Of a stretch of 64,000 bases of DNA, positions 53,897 through 64,000 are shown piece after piece. The position numbers were made by a program, and so were the translations under genes. How positions within the stretch are numbered: position 1 is the first letter of the stretch; each line of letters starts with the position of its first letter. Below the pieces are notes generated by a model. The model was not told the DNA's origin and searched no databases. It saw only the letters and a list, made by a program, of their open reading frames with translations. Source of the DNA: Octopus sinensis (Eukaryota); the NCBI RefSeq assembly GCF_006345805.1, contig NC_043012.1:19654001-19718000 (forward strand), in the 5' to 3' direction.

Positions 53897-54916
53897 TTTC
53901 TGCTGCTGCCAGATATGCAAACATCACACTTGTTGGAGGGGTCTTTGTTCTCCATGCAGCTGTTGCTTTCACTGATTCTGTTCTTGTTGTTGTTGCTGCT
54001 GCTTCTTTCAGTGCATCTATCGTTGCTGCTGTATTTGCAGATGTGGTTTCCTGCCTCTGCTGCGCTGTTGCTGTGCAGAGACACTAATGATCTAAACGTC
54101 TTCTGGCCAAAGCAAAACACATGATCTAAGAACAGCGTCCAACAAACTTTGAACACATATAGTTGTAAAACATGAAACATATTATTTGCTGTTGCTTACC
54201 AAATAGGTGTGTGCATGTCTGTGTGTCTATTTTTCTTTGAGTGTGTGCAAATAATATATACAAAGCCGTTAACACCACCATATTTCAGTACTTTTGCCTT
54301 TGGTCTCAAAAACCCCTCACACTAATACGAAGATCGTAAACCTAGAAAATTTTGTGAGTTGTCTATTTGTGACTCACCATTGGCTTCTAGATTTCTTTTC
54401 AATCTTAACATCAGTAAAAGTTATCGGCAGAATCTACGTGCAAAACCCAAGAAAATATTCATAAAATTAAAATCATTCGCCACATATAACCAAATGAGTT
54501 GACTAACGTATCTACACACTCTCTCTATCTCATACACACACACACATACACACACACACACACACTCACACACACACACACAAACAAACATACGTACACG
54601 AAGCTATGCAAGAGAGCAGACCTGTTACACGTATAACAAGGAATGAGCTCCTTCCAGAATCATATAAACTCATAAGACATATTTATCTGTTTCTGAGGCG
54701 AAATTATTACCTTGTGAGCGGGGGCCGATCCGTACCACAAGGACTCCTCTTCTTCGGCTCAGTGGACTGGTGCATTGTGCTATGAGGGGATTTTGCTCAA
54801 GAATGTAACGCGTCGCCCGTTCCAGGAATCTTAATATTTTCAGTCAAACATGAACTTCTAACATTACTGTATATATAGATATGTATGTGTGTGAATGTGC
54901 ATAGTACAACTTGGTT

Positions 54917-55252
<336 letters not shown>

Positions 55253-55605
55253 TTTTTTCTGTAAAAAACACTTCACCCTATATTAGTAGTAGATTTATTA
55301 CTATTCGCCATAGGGACTGGTAACCTCTATAAGCTGTGGTGGAGAATAGTTCACACGTATGCTGAGGCTAACCAGAGGATTTTATATTTAGATATATCTG
55401 GGGTACTTATATGTACACATGACTGTTGCTTCGGCTTTTTTCATGGGCGCATGTAAGTATTTCATTTATTTCTATTCGTATTTTCTACTGAAGAGGAAAA
55501 TATCTATTATGAGATTAATTCCGAAATTGATTCAATATAGAAATAACGAACTGTTTAAAAAACTTATGTTGGCTAGCTTTCCTCGATTTGCCCTTGTTTA
55601 TAAGT

Positions 55606-55649
<44 letters not shown>

Positions 55650-55659
55650 GTTTTGTTCA

Positions 55660-56220
55660 GAATGAGATAAAAATCCAAGACTATGAAAACTTTAGAACAT
55701 TTATAAGTAGGTCTTACATTTATAAATAGGTCTTCCAGGATATTTACTATAGCCCTTTATCGGAATCGGTGTGAGAAAATGGTTAAGCAATGGTTAATTT
55801 AGATAAGATACGAAATAGAGAGTGAAATGGAGGATTGAATATAGATGTGAGATATGCAGGGATATTGCATTTGTATATCCATTATTTAGGGAGAATTGTA
55901 TACATATAATATTCCAATACTTTGTGAGTAAAATCCAATAGTATTTAAAATATTACTTAACCATCCTATCACACCGTCACCGATGAATGGAGATAGTAAA
56001 TATCCTGGAAACAGCTGCAAGACCTATTTATAAAAGTTCTAAATTCTTCAGAGCCTTGTTTTTTTTATCCCATTCTGGAAAAAAATTATATATATATATA
56101 CATGTTGATATATGACCTACGTTGGACTCCTTATTCGCATAACCACCGAACCTGGAGCTTCACTGTTGTCAATCCATGGCACTTAATCAGCCCTACCTGA
56201 CACCATTTCCTCTCATAACC
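55660..56220 (-). mobile_element. HHR-bearing composite unit (block A, inverted B-end, block B), an inverted relative of 59245-59757; HHR motif on + at 55976-56023 (GUA mutated to GCA)
   Basis: 55660-55945 is the reverse complement of 58932-59215, 56100-56220 is the reverse complement of 58765-58905, and 55950-56088 is a forward copy of the B-end. Confidence 0.8.
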
Positions 56221-56289
<69 letters not shown>

Positions 56290-57316
56290 GAGGGAGAGAG
56301 ATAGAGACTGAGAAATAGTTTGACTAAAATGCCATAGAACATTTGTCCAGCGATGTTAAGGGGACAAACACAGAAATAAAAACGTAATATACGCACATAC
56401 ATGTATGTATATATATATACGCGACGGAATTCTTTCAGATTCCGTCTATCAAATTATGTACTTTGTATTTCTGTATATGTATCAGTCAGATGCTAGTGTG
56501 TGACTTGTTTTAGATTAGATTTAAAGCGAAATATGTTTTCACAGGTGCGGTAAATGAATAACGTTGGTAGCATTAGAGTTAAACAGAATCTTGCTGTGTG
56601 TTTTTGTTACATCTCTTCTATTTGGCATGATCTCCGTTTTGATTTCTAATTTGGCAATGATTTCATTCCAAATTCATGTAGGTTATTTTCTTTTTCGAAT
56701 CCTTGAATTAAAGCAGTTGTTATTGCTACTGAGGGCTGGGCAATTTAATATAATACACAGCTGGAGTACGTTCTCAAAGTGCAATTCTTTCAGCGGCGTT
56801 TTACATGTTACCGTTTATGCATTTCAAATTAAACCTTAAATCATTCAGAAATCATTAATAATGAAATATGTTTTATTTGGCTGAAGTGTCAGACTCTCAG
56901 CAAAATTGTTTAGATAATATTTAGTTTCTTCATTATAAAAATCTTTACTTTGTTTACACATTGAGTCAAAGACAATATCAAATTATCTCCACTATTTCAA
57001 TGGAATTTAAAACCATTATATAAATATGATATATTAGTGATATATTTATACTGCTTCACGTGCATTCTCGCAATTTCTTAGTTGAGTGCTTATAGATGGA
57101 CGTAAGATATGCATGTTCAAGTTTATTATTCTTTCTGAAGGTAAATTGTTTGTACTTCAGTATTAGAATCACAGAATGAATTGCTTATTTGATAATAAGA
57201 AAAGTAATTATATATCATATCCATGGTGTTTATGAGCCAAGAATATCAGTGCCAAGCAATACATAGGTAGGGTTACGCACATTAATATATGCATATACAT
57301 GTTTACATACACACAC

Positions 57317-57385
<69 letters not shown>

Positions 57386-57387
<2 letters not shown>

Positions 57388-58020
57388 GGTTAATCCAAAC
57401 GAGAAAACAGAAAAAACAACAACACAAGGAGGTGGAACAAATATATATGCATATATAAAATCAATTCAAGGAACAAGCAATTCAAAAACCAAAAGAGAAA
57501 AAAAAAGGGAAGAACAAAAACGAATGTGTGGACGTGCGCAAGAATCATATTGTTTTGACGCTTGGTGAAAGAAGATTATCTTTACTGTTTCGATCACGGC
57601 ACGTCGTCGGAAAGGAGAAACGTCCAAAGAAGAAGAGCTATACGGAAGTATTCTTTACATTTCGAAGTGGCTCATAAGTAACAACCAGGTGTTGAAGAGG
57701 ACGTGAACAAAAAGCAAATGAGTTCTGACAGAAGTTGTTAGACATAATAGTGAAAACGTCCTAACAGCAAACACCACTGTAAGGGCAACTTACATTTTTA
57801 TTTATAGATGCAATTGACTTGAGGCAATATGGTAATGGATACCAAATGCTTTCACATGCTTGCAACGTGTCTTTCTCTAGACTGAGTATGACAGAAGTTT
57901 CAAGAACATTTTCTTTTTAAATTGTGACTAGTTTATTAATTAGTTTTTCCTAAATAATATCGGTACCGATAGGTTTACACACGTTAATATAAGTATACAT
58001 ATATACATACATACACACAC

Positions 58021-58058
<38 letters not shown>

Positions 58059-58700
58059 TATATATATAAGGTTAATCCAAACGAGAAAACAGAAAAAACA
58101 CAACACAAGGAGGTGGAACAAATATATATGCATATATAAAATCAATTCAAGGAACAAGCAATTCAAAAACAAAAGAGAAAAAAAAAGGGAAGAACAAAAA
58201 CGAATGTGTGGACGTGCGCAAGAATCATATTGTTTTGACGCTTGGTGAAAGAAGATTATCTTTACTGTTTCGATCACGGCACGTCGTCGGAAAGGAGAAA
58301 CGTCCAAAGAAGAAGAGCTATACGGAAGTATTCTTTACATTTCGAAGTGGCTCATAAGTAACAACCAGGTGTTGAAGAGGACGTGAACAAAAAGCAAATG
58401 AGTTCTGACAGAAGTTGTTAGACATAATAGTGAAAACGTCCTAACAGCAAACACCACTGTAAGGGCAACTTACATTTTTATTTATAGATGCAATTTGACT
58501 TGAGGCAATATGGTAATGGATACCAAATGCTTTCACATGCTTGCAACGTGTCTTTCTCTAGACTGAGTATGACAGAAGTTTCAAGAACATTTTCTTTTTA
58601 AATTGTGACTAGTTTATTAATTAGTTTTTCCTAAATAATATCGGTACCGATAGGTTTACACACGTTAATATAAGTATACATATATACATACATACACACA
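57386..58700. repeat. Tandem duplication, period 682 bp (57386-58022 and 58068-58700), containing a decayed HHR-like Penelope tail on the minus strand
   Basis: By eye the copies differ only by three 1-bp indels. Minus strand has CCGACGA...GATC-GAAAC-agtaaagataatcttctttcaccaagc-GTC. Confidence 0.95.
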
Positions 58701-58701
58701 C

Positions 58702-58764
<63 letters not shown>

Positions 58765-58769
<5 letters not shown>

Positions 58770-59215
58770 AGGTTATGAGAAGTAATGGTGTCAAGAAGAC
58801 CCAAAGGTGTCAGGTAATGCTGAGTAAGTGCTTTGGATAGACTACTGTTCAGCTCCAGGTTCGATGATTATGCCAATAAGGAGTCCAACGTAGGCCATAT
58901 ATGACCATGCGTATATATAATAAATATTATTTTAAATACTATTGGAACTTACAAGCTATTGGAATATTATATGTATACCATTCTGCCTAAATTTATGGAT
59001 CTACTGATGCAATATCCTTGAATATCTCATATCTATTTTCCTTCCTCCTTCACTCTGTATTTCACATCTTATCTAAATTAACTATTGCTTAACCATTTTC
59101 TCACATCGTCTCCGATGAATGGATATACGAAATATCCCGGAAAGAGCTGTAAGACCTATTTTTAAATATTCTAAAGTCTTTCAAGGCCTTGAATTTTTAT
59201 CTCATTCTGAAATTT
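58765..59215 (+). mobile_element. HHR-bearing unit 1 (block A plus block B)
   Basis: Colinear with 59245-59757; ends ctcattctgaaattt followed by (TA)n. Confidence 0.85.
59108..59155 (+). ncRNA. Variant hammerhead motif (CCGAUGA core)
   Basis: GTCT-CCGATGA-ATGGATAT acgaa ATATCCCG-GAAAG-agct-GTA-AGAC; position 15.2 mutated to G. Confidence 0.65.
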
Positions 59216-59244
59216 ATATATATATACATATATATATAGAGAGA

Positions 59245-59752
59245 GAAAGGTTATGCAACGTAATGGTATCACTAAAACCCAAAGGTGTCAGGTAATGCTG
59301 AGTAGATGCTATGGAAAGACCATAGTTTATCTCCATGTTCGGAATAAGGAGTCCAACGTATGTCATATATGTGCATGTGTACATATACATTTTTATTTCA
59401 AAATTAGATAAAAAAAAACCCAAAGCTATGAAGGTTTTAGAACTTTTATAAATTTACGATGACCTGTTTTTATTACTATTTGAAGTTACTCACAAGGTAT
59501 TTGGATCTTATATGTATACCATTCTGCCAAAATAATGAATTTAGAAACGCAATATCCATGCATATTTCTCATCTATTTTCATTCCTCCACTCTCTATTTT
59601 GTACCTTATCTAAATTTAACTACTGTATAACCATTTTCTCACGCAGTCTCCGATGAAGGGATACAATAAATATCCTGGAAATAGCTGTAAGACCTTCTAT
59701 TATAAATGTTCTAAAATCTTCATAGCGTTGGATTTTTATCTCATTCTGAAAG

Positions 59753-59757
<5 letters not shown>
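59245..59757 (+). mobile_element. HHR-bearing unit 2 (block A, inverted B-end fragment at 59400-59452, block B)
   Basis: Direct alignment to unit 1; ends ctcattctgaaagcatttt followed by (TA)n(GA)n. Confidence 0.85.
59646..59693 (+). ncRNA. Variant hammerhead motif (CCGAUGA core), best preserved of this family
   Basis: GTCT-CCGATGA-AGGGATA caataaa TATCCTG-GAAAT-agct-GTA-AGAC. Stem I is a perfect 4 bp, stem II has 6 bp, and the stem III loop is palindromic. Confidence 0.7.
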
Positions 59758-59850
<93 letters not shown>

Positions 59851-59877
59851 AGATAGATAGATAGATAGATAGCTAGC

Positions 59878-59935
<58 letters not shown>

Positions 59936-60641
59936 TATTACATATACATACATACATAGATACATAAATTATGTATGCTTGTATGTATGTATTTATGTAC
60001 GAACGCGAAGAAATTTCTGTGAATTATATTTAATATATTATCTATTTTTGTTGCGTTTGGTAATCTATTGTGTATTTTATATAATTTAATGGTTTATTAA
60101 GAGGAAATGAAAATTCAAATGAATTAACGATATTACATACGGGATTCATAGAAACATGAATATATTATTCACTGAAATTAATATATATGACCTGACCTCT
60201 ATAAGGTAAATACAGTTTACAAATGGCTAACTGTGTATAGTGTAGTTCATTGTAATGATATACAATTACAATATAATTATTTACACGGAGCACATAACAA
60301 TATACTTGCATTATTAGTTTATTCAATGCTAGGCTTTTCATCCAGGAAATTCATTCTCAATGTAATAATACCTTAAAAGAAATAAAGGAACTGATCGCGA
60401 TTATATTGTTAATTATCGTAGGGGAGTTTTATTATGGGACAAACAAACATGTATGGAAGTTATTAACGCTATCAGAGTAATTACCTATGGCAGTTATATG
60501 CAATGTGGAACATATGATTGATACCACTGTATACGTGTATTCGATTCATTTGTTTATTATTGTAGTTTTTTCTGGTGCATATTGAAATATATTTTCGCAA
60601 ATGAAAGTCTGACAATATTTGATCTCATCCACAAGCAATCT

Positions 60642-60826
<185 letters not shown>

Positions 60827-63596
60827 AGAGAGTCAAATATGAGTTTAAATAAAGTAAATCTTGGGTGAAACGAAGTGTTTATTGTAAACAAATGTGATTA
60901 TGACCACCATCTCCATTAATGATCATCACCATTATCATTCCCTCCTCTTCTATCTAAACTTCACAAGCAATCTTACTTTTGAGTGGGTGTGGTCACTTAA
61001 TTCTGAAAGTCCAAGATAATGCAATACTGATCAAAACATTCCATTTCCTCTCTGTAGAACATAATTATTCAGCCGGTTTCTTAACGCTGTGGCTGTCAAC
61101 GTTTAATAAATGTAATTATAAATCCTGCTGTATCTGTATTTAGGTTTTTGAAACATTTTGAAACAGCTACTAATTTTAAATGTCCAGGCTATTTGTTATT
61201 GTTTTAATTTGTGTTAAATATATATTCATCTTACACACTAACACAGTCACAGACATATCTAATACAGATCTTAAACGTTCAATGATATCCATTTTGAAAG
61301 GGAAGGTATCATTTGTGGCAAATCGTTTAATTTTCTTGGTAGGCTCACCGTTTAGCGTTCTGTCAAATGTGATGCATATGTACGATTGTTATTTTTAGAA
61401 AGACATTGTAGGTTAGATGAGAAAAGCTAGGTCTAGCTGGATTGAACCCAAAAGGTTACAATATTTGGGGTATATGCGATCTGTTTCACTGCTACAGGCT
61501 TAATACATGTGAGACATGTCTTAAGACGTAACTTTTTATTTTCGATTTCTGAGGGTGAAGGCAAGTGTGTGTGAGAAAGAAAGTGAAACTGTCTTGTTCG
61601 TTCATATATTGTTACGTCTCTAAGTTAACAATTTTGGTGTTTTGTAATGAACAGTTATATATTTTGACAACAATCATTGTGATTTCGCGGAGAGGTGGTA
61701 TTGATGCCTAAAAGCGAATTCAAATAGTAAATCCATCTTCTTAATTTATAATAAACATTTTACAGTTTCTTTATTTTGCTTTTCAATTCAATGGAATTTA
61801 TCGGAAGGATACTTACGAGCAGCACATAACAAAGACAAGTTATTGAAACGAATATATGTAAACCTTCGGTATATAGTAGCGAATGTTGAAGTGTATATAG
61901 TAGCGTATGTGAAAGTATATTCATGAAACGTATCGATATAGCTTCCGCATTTTGTTCAGAGAGAGCCGCTCGCATATGTTCTCCTTTTGTGTATTGCTTA
62001 CTTTTATTTACACATCAAGTTTGCACGGGATTTCCAATAACAAACAGATATTGCAATTCTTAGGATGTGAACAATCGCACCCGGTATAAAAGAACTCATA
62101 ATATTCTGATAAATTTTACACCTCTGCAAATGTTTCCTTTCGCAGAAAACCGTGAATATAAAGAACAATTTTAAAAGGACTAATTTTGATTTTACAATTT
62201 TGTAGTTTGTATTTATTGACAGTTGCAATAAGCTTTGAACATTTACCGAGACTATTGGGAATTTCCAATATCTGTTTATTTACTGAGAAACACAAGGAGA
62301 AATAAATTGTATTTGGCTAAGTTTGATATTTAGATATATTACCAAGTGACATATTCGCAGCGATGCTTATTGTCATAAGTGTTTTGAATACGTGGAATAC
62401 TTATAGTGTATGCCAGTTGTCATGAGCATTATGAAGACAACAGTCCAATTATCGTTTCCTGGGGCAATTTTACAAGTGAATTTCAACTTGAATGGCATCA
62501 AATGTTTCTTTAAACGTTTGTTTTTAGCGATTGATTGTATATTTTGTTAGCGTCAGAAAAATCTCTGATAAAATATCACATGTTTTCTAGGGTTCTCATA
62601 TCCAATGTTATATTTCATATTTCAAACTTCTACATTTCAAAAACAAGAACAAAACCAAAATTATATTCTGGGAATTACTGAACAAAAGCAGTAATTCCAC
62701 AATCTCATAGAAGCTTCATTGTTCCACATAATTGATAATATTAATTAGGTAAAATTCATTTGTATAAGCATTATAATAAAACAATTTTCTCATGAAAATT
62801 AATCTGGTTATGTTTGAAGAATTTTCATATAATTGTAACTGAAAGCATTGAGATTCAAAGATTTATTCTTTCGTTTTTGGCAGCGTTGGGGCCTTGAATA
62901 GCGTGATGAACACAAACCTGTTTATTTTTAGTGAGAGCTATGCTTAAAAGATGAACTCATGTAATATTCTTAACAATTGTTTCTTCATTATAGAGCTCAA
63001 TGTCGAACAATAACAATAGAAATTGTGTGCGCGTACACACACACATAACTATTGATATTCTATATTCACAAGTAACAGGGTCGTACGCACGTTGTCGCTA
63101 TAACATTGGTCAAGAATTGTGTACAATGCATTCCATGTGTACAAGCAGGCAACAAATGCACATGCATAATAAAACCTGAATTCCTGTTATTGAGATTTCT
63201 TTGAATTACTGACACTTCATATTTTGCAGATTCTTTTGGAAAGACAATGTTTGCTCTTTTATTAATTGTTAATTACTCTTCCCAAGTGTTAAAGCAGGTT
63301 AGATATAATTCGTATAAAATGGAGATGCTTCTTGCCGCGAATTAGAATATCTTGACTTTTCAATGATCTTCTTAATGAGAATTTAGAAATAATTCTATGG
63401 TTGTGTCAACCTTAATCTTAAAGTAATTGCCATGTGAAAATGTAGTAATGTAATATACCAACAGAACAGGGTTGAGAAAACTGTTCTCTTGTTATATAGT
63501 CGAGAAGAGTTATACATTAAATTGAGTGGATATAGATATGCATGTATGTATATATGCATGTATGTATGTATGTATGTACGTATGTATGCATGTATA

Positions 63597-63637
<41 letters not shown>

Positions 63638-63638
63638 G

Positions 63639-63693
<55 letters not shown>

Positions 63694-63870
63694 GTGCATG
63701 TATGTATACAAGCACATTTCAGAACCTTTCCATCTACTCTTTAAATACATATTTGATCAATTCGTTGAGAATGTTACACATGATATTTTGAAGGATATTC
63801 TCGATTTCCTGCCATCGTTATAAAGCGATCAAACCTCCTTACATTTGTTTCCTATTGCTCATGTTTCCAG

Positions 63871-63981
63871 ATAATGATTTTAAGAATAGTATGGAAAGCC
63901 CGTATGATATGAAGCTTGGATTGTCAGACGAGCAAAGCTGCTTGCTTTTTGTTTCCCTTACGAAATGATTTTAATATGCTG
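63871..63981 (+). other. Candidate 111-nt exon-like segment (possibly non-coding or chance)
   Basis: Acceptor ttgctcatgtttccag| and donor ctg|gtgagt; all three frames contain a stop. Confidence 0.2.
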
Positions 63982-64000
63982 GTGAGTGCAGAATACTGTT

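Larger units (their letters stand above)
52360..54100 (-). mobile_element. Probable decayed LINE ORF1-like region interrupted by two SINEs
   Basis: Ala/Thr-rich frame TTSANTAATIDALKEAAATTTRTESVKATAAWRTKTPPTSVMFAYLAAA, a purine-rich minus strand continuing past the SINEs, and no diagnostic domain recognised. Confidence 0.3.

Overview
AT-rich, microsatellite-dense, non-genic (intergenic or intronic) animal DNA. It is very probably octopus/coleoid cephalopod, an inference from the tRNA-derived SINE families and the (TA)n/(CA)n/(GATA)n load. I could not support any host protein-coding exon, and most ORFs in the supplied track are translations of microsatellites or antisense frames of transposon remnants. 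The window is a mosaic of decayed mobile elements: two inverted copies of a Penelope-like element (RT + GIY-YIG), L1/Tx1-like ORF1 and ORF2 pieces, R4/Dong-like and RTE pieces, two Helitron pieces, three Tc1/mariner remnants and about 20 SINE copies or fragments. The most notable signal, invisible in the ORF track, is a set of roughly 18 minimal type I hammerhead-ribozyme (HHR) motifs, from near-intact to decayed, in several sequence families. Most have a palindromic stem III, and their elements nearly always end in (TA)n. They include a near-perfect 330-bp palindrome with two back-to-back near-intact HHRs (29683-30012) and a tandem/inverted HHR-bearing unit cluster resembling a retrozyme (55.6-59.8 kb). 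HHRs in Penelope-like elements are known in general; activity of these copies is untested. All alignments were done by eye, so boundaries are approximate (often +/-10-30 bp).
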